From the NCBI RefSeq assembly GCF_965208055.1, contig NZ_CBDBNY010000004.1, positions 2,814,029 through 2,878,028 on the forward strand: a stretch of 64,000 nt of DNA, given 5' to 3'. This document shows positions 19,552-28,287 of this stretch, piece after piece; positions within the stretch are counted from its first letter, which is position 1; each line of letters begins with the position of its first letter. This DNA comes from Candidatus Palauibacter sp. (GTDB lineage: Bacteria; Gemmatimonadota; Gemmatimonadetes; Palauibacterales; Palauibacteraceae). The notes beneath the pieces were generated by a model. The model had not been told where the DNA came from. It ran no database searches and was given only the letters and a program-made list of their open reading frames with translations. The position numbers and the translations under genes were made by a program.

Positions 19552-21519
19552 ATGTTGAAGAGAACCGGCAAGGCCGGTCTTCGGGCGGCGGTCCTCGTCG
19601 CCTTCTGTGCGACCACCCTGTGGGCGGCCGCGGCGATGGACGCACCGGTAGCGGAAGCGGCGGCACGCGGAGACCTGGAGTCCGTGCGGACGCTCCTCCG
19701 CGATGGGGCGGACGTGAACGCGGCCCAGGGCGACGGCATGACCGCGCTCCACTGGGCGGCTCTCAGGGGCGACGCCGAGATGGTGTCCGTGCTCGTCTAC
19801 GCCGGGGCCAACGTCGCGTCGACCACACGCCTGGGCGCCTACACGCCACTCCACCTCGCGAGCCGGGACGGCCGGGCCAAGGCGGTCACCCTCCTCATCG
19901 AGGCCGGCAGCGACCCTGACGCGGCGACGACGACCGGCGTTACGCCCCTGCACTTCGCTGCGGCGGGCGGGGACGTGCCGACCCTCACGAGCCTGTTCGA
20001 GGCCGGGGTCGAGGTCGACGCGCGAGAGAACTCCAACGGGCAGACGCCGCTCATCTTCGCGGCTGCCGCCGGGCGTCTCGACGCCGTGAAGGCGCTGATC
20101 GCACACGGGGCGGACGTGTCGATCGCCTCGCGCGTGCTGGATTTCGTCGAGAAGGCACGCACCGACAGCGAGGCCCGGGGCCGGCGGCGGGAAGTGCTCA
20201 CGGCGATTCGGAAGGCCGAAGCCGAGGCTCGCGGCGAAACCGCCGAGGTCGGAATCACGCGCACAGACACGCCGTCCGGTCAGGAACCGACCCGGCGCGA
20301 AGCCGCCGACCGGGCGGCTCGGGACCAGACGGGCACGGCTCCCGCGACGCAGGGCGCCGGCGCGACCCCCGGCCAGGAACCCGCGGCCGCCGCGGCCGAC
20401 GAGACGCCGGCCGAGGAGCCTGACGAGGCCCAGGGCGAGGATCCCCCGGAGGGCGAGGATCCTCCCGAGGCTGAAGAAGAGGCCGAAGACGCCGAAGCCG
20501 CGAAGCCTGCGCCGCGGCCATTGGGCTATTCCGACATCGTCGGCAAGCAGGGCGGCATGACGGCGCTCCATTACGCGGTTCGCGAGGGTCACTTCGAGAC
20601 CGTCAAGTCGCTCCTGGAGGCGGGTGCGGACATCGACGGGAGGACCGGGGGGGACGAGAGCACGCCGCTCGTCGTCGCCACCGTGAACGGACACTACGAC
20701 CTTGCCGCGTGGCTGCTCGAGCAGGGAGCGGACCCGAACCTCGCCAGCGAGGACGGCGTGGCGCCCCTCTACGCGACGGTCGCCAACCGCTGGGCGCCGA
20801 AGGCGCTCTATCCGCAGCCCACCGCGTTCCGCCAGCAGGAACTCGACTACATGGAGCTGATGGAGATGCTCCTCGCCGCCGGAGCGGATCCGAACGCACG
20901 CGTGAATACGCACATCTGGTATTCCGCCTACAACTTCGACCTGCTCGGCGTGAACTTCAGCGGCGCGACCCCGTTCTGGCGGGCGGCGAAGGCGCTCGAC
21001 ATCCCCGCCATGGAGATGCTCGTGGCCGCTGGGGCCGATCCGCACATGCCGACGAGGAAGGCTCCCGAGCGCCGGCGCCGTCGTCCCGCGGACGATGAAG
21101 AAGAAGAGGAGGATCCCAGCGGACTGCCGCCGGTCGAGGTCGGGGGTCCGGGCATCCCGCCCCTCGTGGCTGCCGCCGGTTACGGCTACGGACGCTCACG
21201 CACGGGCAACCAGCACCGGCATCGGCCCGATGAATGGATGGCCACGGCCAGATACCTCGTCGAAGAGTTGGGTGCGGACGTGAACGGCCGCGACTCGGAC
21301 GGGTTCGGCGCGCTCCATTACGCTGCGGCGCGCGGCCACAACGAGTTGATCGAGTACCTCGTCGGCAAGGGCGCGGATCCGTTGATCGTGGCCCGCAGCG
21401 GCCAGACGACGGTCGACATGGCGAACGGCCCGATCCAGCGCGTGCAGCCGTTCTTCGAAACGATCGCCCTCCTCGAGGGCATGGGCGCGAAGAACAACCA
21501 CAACTGCCTCAGCTGCTGA
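19552..21519 (+). CDS. Exported ankyrin-repeat protein (copy 1)
   Basis: Signal peptide, many GxTPLH repeats, acidic insertions, ends NNHNCLSC. Confidence 0.92.
   Translation: MLKRTGKAGLRAAVLVAFCATTLWAAAAMDAPVAEAAARGDLESVRTLLRDGADVNAAQGDGMTALHWAALRGDAEMVSVLVYAGANVASTTRLGAYTPLHLASRDGRAKAVTLLIEAGSDPDAATTTGVTPLHFAAAGGDVPTLTSLFEAGVEVDARENSNGQTPLIFAAAAGRLDAVKALIAHGADVSIASRVLDFVEKARTDSEARGRRREVLTAIRKAEAEARGETAEVGITRTDTPSGQEPTRREAADRAARDQTGTAPATQGAGATPGQEPAAAAADETPAEEPDEAQGEDPPEGEDPPEAEEEAEDAEAAKPAPRPLGYSDIVGKQGGMTALHYAVREGHFETVKSLLEAGADIDGRTGGDESTPLVVATVNGHYDLAAWLLEQGADPNLASEDGVAPLYATVANRWAPKALYPQPTAFRQQELDYMELMEMLLAAGADPNARVNTHIWYSAYNFDLLGVNFSGATPFWRAAKALDIPAMEMLVAAGADPHMPTRKAPERRRRRPADDEEEEEDPSGLPPVEVGGPGIPPLVAAAGYGYGRSRTGNQHRHRPDEWMATARYLVEELGADVNGRDSDGFGALHYAAARGHNELIEYLVGKGADPLIVARSGQTTVDMANGPIQRVQPFFETIALLEGMGAKNNHNCLSC
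20432..20467 (+). repeat. 18-bp tandem repeat encoding GEDPPE twice
   Basis: agggcgaggatcccccgg / agggcgaggatcctcccg inside the ankyrin linker. Confidence 0.7.
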
Positions 21520-21534
21520 GGCCGAACGGCTCCG

Positions 21535-21888
21535 TCAGTCGTTGTTGGTCTGATACGGAGCGTTCGTCCGTTCGCGCACGGCGTCGACGATCCAGGAGTT
21601 GATGCTCGTCCGGTGCGCCGCCGCCGCTGCGGCGACCGTCGCGTGAAGCTCCGAGCCGAGGCGCAGGTTCAGCTTGCCGGAGAAAGGCCGCTTCGGCTCG
21701 ACCCCGTCTTCCTCGCACCAGGCGAGATACTCATCGATGGAGCGGTGAAACTCCCGGCGCAGTTGCGACGTGTCCGTGGCTTCGAACGTCGCGATCGGAT
21801 ACGGGCCGCTGTTGATGACCCGCCCATGGAGCACGTTGATCGAGTCATCGAACTCCACGGCCGCCTGATATCCCTTGTATTCCATCAT
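21535..21888 (-). CDS. hicB: HicB antitoxin
   Basis: MEYKGY, LHGRV, PKRPFSGKLNLRL, SINSWI. Confidence 0.92.
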   Translation of the reverse strand: MMEYKGYQAAVEFDDSINVLHGRVINSGPYPIATFEATDTSQLRREFHRSIDEYLAWCEEDGVEPKRPFSGKLNLRLGSELHATVAAAAAAHRTSINSWIVDAVRERTNAPYQTNND

Positions 21889-22139
21889 GGCTCCACTCCC
21901 ACTGCTCGTAGGAAGGCCGCAATGTCTCGAACGGTCTCCCGGCCCACGACGGGCCTGGGATGGGGTCGGTGGATTACGACCCTCTCGTTGTCTTTCTTCA
22001 GGCCGACCCGCGATCCGGACCGCTCCTGAACCTCGACGCCGCAGGCCTCCAGCATCGCCTTGAGCTGATCCCACCGGATATCTGGCGGCGTCGGCTTCCC
22101 GTGGACTCGCGCCAGAGTCTTGCGGTGCTTGGTTCGCAT
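21885..22139 (-). CDS. hicA: HicA toxin
   Basis: KHRKTL, IRWDQL, GSRV, HRPHP. Confidence 0.92.
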   Translation of the reverse strand: MRTKHRKTLARVHGKPTPPDIRWDQLKAMLEACGVEVQERSGSRVGLKKDNERVVIHRPHPRPVVGRETVRDIAAFLRAVGVEP

Positions 22140-22146
22140 GGATCAC

Positions 22147-22183
22147 CAGGATAACCTGATTCTGGTACCATGTACAGTACCAT
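22147..22183. promoter_or_regulatory. Putative hicAB operator region
   Basis: CAGG-N4-CCTG, TGGTACCA palindrome and GTACCAT direct repeat just upstream of hicA. Confidence 0.45.
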
Positions 22184-22223
22184 CTAGAATGCCACGCATG
22201 TGGAGAGTGGGTGAAGCCCTGGA

Positions 22224-22631
22224 CTACGATTCGCTGCCGGAGATGCGCTGGGAGACGGAGATCGGGTAGCCGTCGGGGTCCCGGAGGGTGAACTCGATCG
22301 AGCGGGCGTTCGGGTTCTCGTGCGGTTCGTCGAGGCAGTCGGCGCCCATGGCGCGGGCGCGCTCGAACACGGCCTGCGCATCGTCCGTGTAAAAGTAGAG
22401 GAGGACGCCTCGGCCGGGCGTCCCTTCGCAGGGGTCCGTCATTCCCGGGTGGGCCTTGAACTCACGGTGGTGCAGCATCAGTTCGATGCTTCCGTCCTGC
22501 CCCAGGAGTCGCTCGAAGTGATGGCCGCCGCGTCCGCTCACGAAGCCGAAGAGTTCGACGTACCAAGCTGAACTCGCCGCCACGTCGCGGACGACGAGCA
22601 TGGGCGTGAGGCCTTGACCGGTCGCGGCCAA
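22224..22631 (-). CDS. VOC/glyoxalase family protein
   Basis: LVVRDVAASSAWY...FGF, EFTLRDPDGY. Confidence 0.85.
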   Translation of the reverse strand: MAATGQGLTPMLVVRDVAASSAWYVELFGFVSGRGGHHFERLLGQDGSIELMLHHREFKAHPGMTDPCEGTPGRGVLLYFYTDDAQAVFERARAMGADCLDEPHENPNARSIEFTLRDPDGYPISVSQRISGSES

Positions 22632-22668
22632 CGGTCCGTATCCCCCGCGCCCGTCTTCCGGCTGTCGG

Positions 22669-24072
22669 CTAGTGATTCGAGTGGTTCGTTGCCGCCTTGG
22701 CGGCCCGCCTCGCCTCCTCGCGCGTGGCGACGAGCGCCTCGAACTCCGCGGGATCGAGGTACGTGACGTCCACCCACAGGTGGGCCATCTCGTCCACGGT
22801 CCGGTCCCCGTAGTCGACCCACTGCTCGTGGTCCGGGTTGTTCGGGTTCTCGGGCGTGTTGTCGTGCCAGGCGGTGATGACGAGGGTGGTGCCCGCGGGT
22901 AGGAGCGGGGCGGCGTCTTCTTCGTAGATGTAGTTGATGTGCCAGTTCCACTGGAAGTTGTCGACCTGGTTGATCAACTCCTTGCGGCCATCCGGGTAGA
23001 TCGCCTCGAGCGACATCGCCTTGCCGCGCATGTGCATGTGCGGCTGGAAGTTCTCCAGGCGGGCGGGCCAGCGCAGCGTATGGAAGTCCTGCGTGACCGA
23101 AATCTCGCCCGGCGGGATGTCGAGGCCCGTCCGGCCCGTGGCGTTGTAGAACATGAGCCGGGTGCGGTTCCTGGGCTCCTCCCCCTTCGGATAGAACCAG
23201 ACGCCGAGTTCCACATAGCTGTCCTCGACGAGCTTGCCCATGGCGTGGAGGTGGACCTCCCAGCGGATCCGCGAGCCGGGGAGCATCACCTTGCCCGCGC
23301 CTTCGGGGAAGATCTCGCCCTCCTTGCCCACGGCCCACTCCATGAACAGGCCCGGGCCGCCCATCGCGCCGCCGCGGGTGCTCGCCTCGACGATACCGGC
23401 GCTCATGGGGCTCTCCTCCTCGTCCTGCTGGAGGAAGGCGAGGACGTGATGCGTAATCGTGCGCGCGTCGTTGCCGGCCGGCTTGATCTCGATCGCCTTC
23501 ACCCAGCGGGGCTCCGTGATCCCGGTCGGCGTCACGGGCCGCCACCACTTGTCCATCGTCTCGGCTTCGAGCGTGTAGGGTTCGGACGCGATGACGAGGT
23601 CGGGCTCGCCGAACTCATCGAGGAGGCGCCATTCGTTCGGATCGGGGAACTCGGCGGGAGGCGGCAGATCCGCGGGATCGCCTTCCACGCGGCCGCCATC
23701 GATCCACGCTAGGACGGTCTCGATCTCTTCGCTCGACAGGCTGCGGTCATTCCTGAACTCCTGGATCCCGACAGTCGGGTCGAGGTGCCACGGCGGCATG
23801 ACGCGGTTCGAGACCTTCTCGCGGATCCCGGAAGCCCAGCGGTAGGCGTCCCGGTAGGTGAGGAGCGACATGGGGGCGATGGAGCCCTCCTGGTGACACT
23901 CCTGGCAGTTCGCCTGGAGGATCGGCGCCACGTCCCGGTTGAAGGTCACCTCCCCGGGACCGTTCTCCTGCGCCTGCGCCGGTCCCGCAGCGCCCAGGGC
24001 GCCGAGTGCCGCGCCGAGTACCGTGCCGACTGCGATGGCGGCTCGCTTACGGGAGATCGGTAGCTGTCTCAT
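22669..24072 (-). CDS. Exported heme-c + type II copper (PHM/DBH-like) monooxygenase-domain protein
   Basis: Signal peptide, VAPILQANCQECH, MPPW, HH, HLH, HMH, DEM. Confidence 0.82.
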   Translation of the reverse strand: MRQLPISRKRAAIAVGTVLGAALGALGAAGPAQAQENGPGEVTFNRDVAPILQANCQECHQEGSIAPMSLLTYRDAYRWASGIREKVSNRVMPPWHLDPTVGIQEFRNDRSLSSEEIETVLAWIDGGRVEGDPADLPPPAEFPDPNEWRLLDEFGEPDLVIASEPYTLEAETMDKWWRPVTPTGITEPRWVKAIEIKPAGNDARTITHHVLAFLQQDEEESPMSAGIVEASTRGGAMGGPGLFMEWAVGKEGEIFPEGAGKVMLPGSRIRWEVHLHAMGKLVEDSYVELGVWFYPKGEEPRNRTRLMFYNATGRTGLDIPPGEISVTQDFHTLRWPARLENFQPHMHMRGKAMSLEAIYPDGRKELINQVDNFQWNWHINYIYEEDAAPLLPAGTTLVITAWHDNTPENPNNPDHEQWVDYGDRTVDEMAHLWVDVTYLDPAEFEALVATREEARRAAKAATNHSNH

Positions 24073-24107
24073 GGCTTGATCCTCCAACCTGACTCGGAAA
24101 GCTCGCG

Positions 24108-24950
24108 TCACGGATTGACCATGACCCGAACGAACCCGTTCGTCCAGCAGCATTGGGCGTGCCCGGCGGCGGCGACGCCCGATCCGTCGTTCGCCCGCAC
24201 GCGCAGGATGTATTTGCCTGGCTCGCTGAAGGTGACCGGCGTGATGGCTTCGGCTCCACTGGCCGGGACGCGGGCGGTCGGCTCGGCGAACTCGGCATCG
24301 CCCGGACCCTGGTGCTTGAACCACGTGAGGTTGACCGGCGAGCCGTCGCGACTCCCCGCGACGAAGTGACTGCGTCCCACACCGTCGTCCCGGACGTGGA
24401 CGCTCACATTGAGCGGTTCCCCGACCCGGGCCGCGAGGGGGCCTCCCCAGGCGCCGGCCGGCCCCGCGCCTTCGTCGCCGGCTCCGAAGCGAAGGACGGG
24501 AGGCGTGTTCCCGTCACCGGCTTCGCCCTTGAGCGCGTCAATCTGCCAGTCACGGTGCAAATGGCCCGGGACGCGAAGGGTCTGTCCGCGCATCGTCAGC
24601 GTCCAGTACATCTTCCTCTCGCCGAAGTCCGCCGGGACACGGACGACGAACACGCCGTAGTGGCGCCGCGGCGCAAAGGACGTGGGCTGGACGCCCTGGA
24701 ACTCCGCCGGCTCGATCAGGTTCTCGGGCCCCAGCGCGACCTCGATCGTCTCGTCGAAGTTGCGGTTGAAGTAGCCGAACGACAGGGACAGCGTGCCGTC
24801 CGCGTTCGGATACCAGCCCTCGTAGGCGGGAGTCACCGTCTGCCCGCGGCCGCTGGGGTTGCCGAGGGGAATCTGTGCCGCGAGCGGCAACGTCTCGGCG
24901 CACAGCGCCGCGATGACCGCGGCGGACACCAGGATCCGGGCAGGTCTCAT
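24108..24950 (-). CDS. Exported hypothetical protein with C-terminal PKD/Ig-like domain
   Basis: Signal peptide, PAYEGWYPNADG...FGYFNRN, FSEPGKYILRVRAND, QCCWTN. Confidence 0.75.
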   Translation of the reverse strand: MRPARILVSAAVIAALCAETLPLAAQIPLGNPSGRGQTVTPAYEGWYPNADGTLSLSFGYFNRNFDETIEVALGPENLIEPAEFQGVQPTSFAPRRHYGVFVVRVPADFGERKMYWTLTMRGQTLRVPGHLHRDWQIDALKGEAGDGNTPPVLRFGAGDEGAGPAGAWGGPLAARVGEPLNVSVHVRDDGVGRSHFVAGSRDGSPVNLTWFKHQGPGDAEFAEPTARVPASGAEAITPVTFSEPGKYILRVRANDGSGVAAAGHAQCCWTNGFVRVMVNP

Positions 24951-25861
24951 CGCCCCGCTTCCGCCATGCTCGCCTCGATCGAGGCCCGGATCGCCTTCAC
25001 CGTCTCCTCCACCCGGAAGCGGAGCAGCTTCTTCCCGGTGGCGATCGCCTCCTCCTTCGGGGCGATCGAGACGCCGTTGATGCTGGCCCGGCCGGCGGCC
25101 ACGCGCTCGTCGTAGCGCACCATGGCCGGGTCCTCGACCATCATGATCGCAGTGATGACGAAGTCGTCGTGGATCCCCTCGGGGTCGGTTTCGAAGATGC
25201 CGAGTTCGTCATTCATCCACTGGTGAACGTCGCGATAGCGGTAGAACTCGGGGATGAAGTGCGCCTGCCCGTCGTACCAGCGCTCGTTCAGGCGGGCCGC
25301 GACCGCCTCCATGCCCGACTGGTTCCCGCCGCTGTCGCCGAACAGGATGATATGCTCGAACCCGTGCGCTTTGAGGCTCGACGCCACGTCATCGAGCACC
25401 GCCTCGAATGTCTCCTGGCGAAGGCTGATCGTGCCCGGATACCGCATGTGGCCCGACGGCTCGTCGATGTCGCCTTCGGGGACGAGCTTGACGATCGGCG
25501 CGCAGAGCGCGTTACCGAGTTCGCGGGCCACGCCCTCGCAGGCGCCCTGCAACACGTAGTTGTGCTTGCCGGTGGCGAGGTACGGCCCGTTCTGCTCGAT
25601 GCCGCCCGTCGTGATGATCGCGGTGGTCTTGCCGGCCGCCATCGCGTCCCGGACCTCCATCCACGTCATCTCCTCGATCCACACTGTGTCGAAGGCCTCG
25701 ATGGGCCGCTCCGACACGAGTTCCTCCTGGGTGCGGCGCTCGCGCTCCGCCGCCATCCGGGCGCGCTCTTCCGCCGTCATGTTCCGCTGCTGGCCCGCGA
25801 GCGCCGAGGCCGAAACCGCAAACAGCGCGAGCAGGGGAAGGATCGATCGGGACTTTCTCAT
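24947..25861 (-). CDS. Exported creatininase-family protein
   Basis: EEMTWMEV, GGIEQNGPYL, YPGTISL, DSGGNQ; signal peptide. Confidence 0.85.
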   Translation of the reverse strand: MRKSRSILPLLALFAVSASALAGQQRNMTAEERARMAAERERRTQEELVSERPIEAFDTVWIEEMTWMEVRDAMAAGKTTAIITTGGIEQNGPYLATGKHNYVLQGACEGVARELGNALCAPIVKLVPEGDIDEPSGHMRYPGTISLRQETFEAVLDDVASSLKAHGFEHIILFGDSGGNQSGMEAVAARLNERWYDGQAHFIPEFYRYRDVHQWMNDELGIFETDPEGIHDDFVITAIMMVEDPAMVRYDERVAAGRASINGVSIAPKEEAIATGKKLLRFRVEETVKAIRASIEASMAEAGR

Positions 25862-26000
25862 GGCACACCTCGTTTCCGCAGCGTGGGCGATCGGCGATAA
25901 CTTTCAACGCTAGCATGTCCCTTCCCATCCCGACCAGTCCGGCTCGTGGTTTGGTAGCGGAAGCCCTGCACGAAACCACTTGAGTGGCCAGAAGGGGGTC

Positions 26001-26495
26001 TCAAGGCATACAGTCGGAGAACGACTCGAAATCCATTCGGAAACGGCTCCTCTCGAGAGCCGCCTTCAGTGCATCGGCCTCCGGAACGGTGATGATCTCG
26101 CTGCGGATGGCACGGACAAGTATGCCCGCCGTCGTAAGGATACGTCCCTCGCCGACGCGTTCAACGGCAATGCGACGCACCCGGCGACGCTCATCGCACG
26201 CGAAGAGCCAGCGGCGGTATTCCGCCGCCGCTAGGCAAGCCGCCTCTCCGCGGCCCATGATCCGCTCATGCCCCACGGACAGCAGTAGTTCTGCAGGGTG
26301 CGGTGATGGTGCGGGCCTAACGAATCCCGCCGCTATGGCCTGGGAGAGAATCTCTCGCTGTTTGGATCGCGTGACTTCTTCATGCACTCGAGCGAGCACC
26401 ATGAACCGGTGTTTGGGAAGCCTGCCGAGGAGGTCGCAGCGCTCAAGGATAAGAAAATTGATGAGGACGCTGGCGTCGACCGCTACGTGGTGCAT
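26001..26495 (-). CDS. PIN-domain protein (DUF3368-like)
   Basis: VDASVLINF, VHEEV, GRGEAACL, CDER. Confidence 0.8.
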   Translation of the reverse strand: MHHVAVDASVLINFLILERCDLLGRLPKHRFMVLARVHEEVTRSKQREILSQAIAAGFVRPAPSPHPAELLLSVGHERIMGRGEAACLAAAEYRRWLFACDERRRVRRIAVERVGEGRILTTAGILVRAIRSEIITVPEADALKAALERSRFRMDFESFSDCMP

Positions 26496-26534
26496 GCGCT
26501 GCGGCGGGTCGATGTTTCCGCAGCGGCATCCACC

Positions 26535-27803
26535 CTACAGGGGTTCATGGTCGCCGACCATCACAGGCAGCGATTCCGGCTCGGCGAGACCAGCATCCTC
26601 GAGGATGCTGTCGGGGTCGGCCTCCTCATCGATCAGGCGCACGAGTTCCCGCCATTTCCCGGTCGAGATGTCCTCGCGGCGGTACGCTTCGATTGCGAGG
26701 GACAAGAAGCGGGATCGAGACTGCTTCCGAGCCTCGGCGTGGTCCGGCTCCGGCAGGCTGAGGGTCGCCCTTAGCTGCTTGGTCCGTCCGGCGAGGTCTT
26801 CTTGGGCGAGCTTGGCGCGTTCCTGTTCGCTGATGAGACGCAAAGCTTTGAGACGATAAAGCATCGCGGCACAGCTCACGCGAAACCGATGGGCGAGGCG
26901 AACGACATCGTACAACTGCAGCCGCTGGCTCCCGGGGGGCGTGCGCCCCTCGACGCTAAGTGCCGAGTCCTCATCGAAGATGTCTGCCCGGTTGCGACTC
27001 GCATGGCCCTTGGCGAACCGGTGGATCATGGAACGGATGCCCGCTTCCGGCATAAGAAAGGCCGCGGCGAAGGCGTTGGCGCGAACCTCCTCGAAGCTGT
27101 CCCTTTCGCTTGCCCGGCTTACCGTCCCCCGTCCCTCGCGGTCGCACAGGACATGGGCGTATTCGTGGGCAAAGGAAAACCGCCGCCGGAGAAAATGATG
27201 GTCGACGTTGACGGCGGTCAGGACGCCATGTTCGGGGTCGATCAGGGTTAGCCCGGAAACGTCTTCCGGGAGGCTTTCCTGCGCAGCGACGATACCTTGG
27301 TCCTCAAGAAGTTCCGCCACGTCCGGAAGCGGGGCTTCGCCCAAGTCTAGGCGGCGGCGTTCGTCCGCTGCGGCTCGCGAGCCTTGACGCACCGCTTCCC
27401 ATTTCGTGTCCGGCGTGGAGAAGGCATAACTGGGCGTGCCGAGCGATGCGCGGCGGACTCCGAGAAGTCCCTCCAGATTCGCGACTTCCCGCCCAAGTAC
27501 GACGCACCTGCGCAGGGCCTCCAGCGTGGCTTCGTCAACCGAGGACTCCTGGTGTCGGCGGAACAATGCGGTGATCGGCTCGCGCTCTACGAACTCGTCG
27601 GTCAGGAGTTCCTCTAGGTCGCGCCCGTACAGATAGGCGAGCCGATGCAGCTCGAGCCCGGACACGCGGCGACGCCCCGTCTCGATCTCCGTGACCGCCG
27701 ATCGCGCGATGCCTACGTACTTTGCGACCGCCGCCTGGGTCATGCTGCAGCTCTCTCGAACCTCACGGAGACGGCGGGCAAGCTCCTGATGGTCGATTGC
27801 CAT
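26535..27803 (-). CDS. XRE helix-turn-helix + ImmA/IrrE (DUF955) zinc metallopeptidase
   Basis: RLREVRE...SAVTEIETGRR; RRFSFAHEYAH (HExxH); EVRANAFAAAFLMP. Confidence 0.92.
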   Translation of the reverse strand: MAIDHQELARRLREVRESCSMTQAAVAKYVGIARSAVTEIETGRRRVSGLELHRLAYLYGRDLEELLTDEFVEREPITALFRRHQESSVDEATLEALRRCVVLGREVANLEGLLGVRRASLGTPSYAFSTPDTKWEAVRQGSRAAADERRRLDLGEAPLPDVAELLEDQGIVAAQESLPEDVSGLTLIDPEHGVLTAVNVDHHFLRRRFSFAHEYAHVLCDREGRGTVSRASERDSFEEVRANAFAAAFLMPEAGIRSMIHRFAKGHASRNRADIFDEDSALSVEGRTPPGSQRLQLYDVVRLAHRFRVSCAAMLYRLKALRLISEQERAKLAQEDLAGRTKQLRATLSLPEPDHAEARKQSRSRFLSLAIEAYRREDISTGKWRELVRLIDEEADPDSILEDAGLAEPESLPVMVGDHEPL

Positions 27804-27999
27804 GAGCTGAGCCTCAGTTTGACATGAATCTACGCGATGCACGTTGTCCAGAAACCGTCAAGCAGCCAAAAGCCAATGCCGACAAACGTACAGTTCGCGC
27901 CTGCGACCAAGATCGGGGAGGCAGATGCACGGCTCCGTCCTGCCACAAACACTCCAGTGTTGGTCGAACGAGAGCCGTCACCTGCCCAACCGTGTGCCA

Positions 28000-28287
28000 C
28001 TAGACCGGCTGCTTGCTGTACCGTTTCATAGCTTGGTTGACGCTACGACCATCGACCCAGACCTGAGCAACACGACGGCCGTAAATGTCGCGCGCCTTGG
28101 TCTCGATGTCCACGAACCGGTCGAGGATGAGTCTCTTAAGTGCTGCCTTCGCCTCCAAATACCCAGGCTCACCCTGCTCGGGCGTGTCGACCCCTTCTAG
28201 CCTGACGTCGGGGAGGCTGCTGCTCGTCTCAAAGGTGTCGCCGTCGAGAACGTTCGTGACGTATTCCTTCGTGCGATTCGTACTCAT
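28000..28287 (-). CDS. Minimal thermonuclease (SNase family)
   Basis: VLDGDTF, VRLEGVDTPE, DIYGR, SVNQAM; RBS GAAGGAG; no signal peptide. Confidence 0.85.
   Translation of the reverse strand: MSTNRTKEYVTNVLDGDTFETSSSLPDVRLEGVDTPEQGEPGYLEAKAALKRLILDRFVDIETKARDIYGRRVAQVWVDGRSVNQAMKRYSKQPV

Noticed and set aside
17956-21045. Very long antisense and alternate-frame ORFs (e.g. 17956-21045, 52028-55474, 33733-36063, 45510-47948)
   Set aside because: Shadow ORFs of high-GC coding DNA: Arg/Pro/Gly-rich, no family motifs, and fully overlapping well-supported genes.
21514-21560. Both ankyrin genes end TGC TGA, suggesting Cys-Sec readthrough; copy 2 has a weak hairpin after the stop
   Set aside because: The readthrough sequences are unrelated between the two copies, copy 1 would run into hicB, and TGA is the dominant stop codon here.
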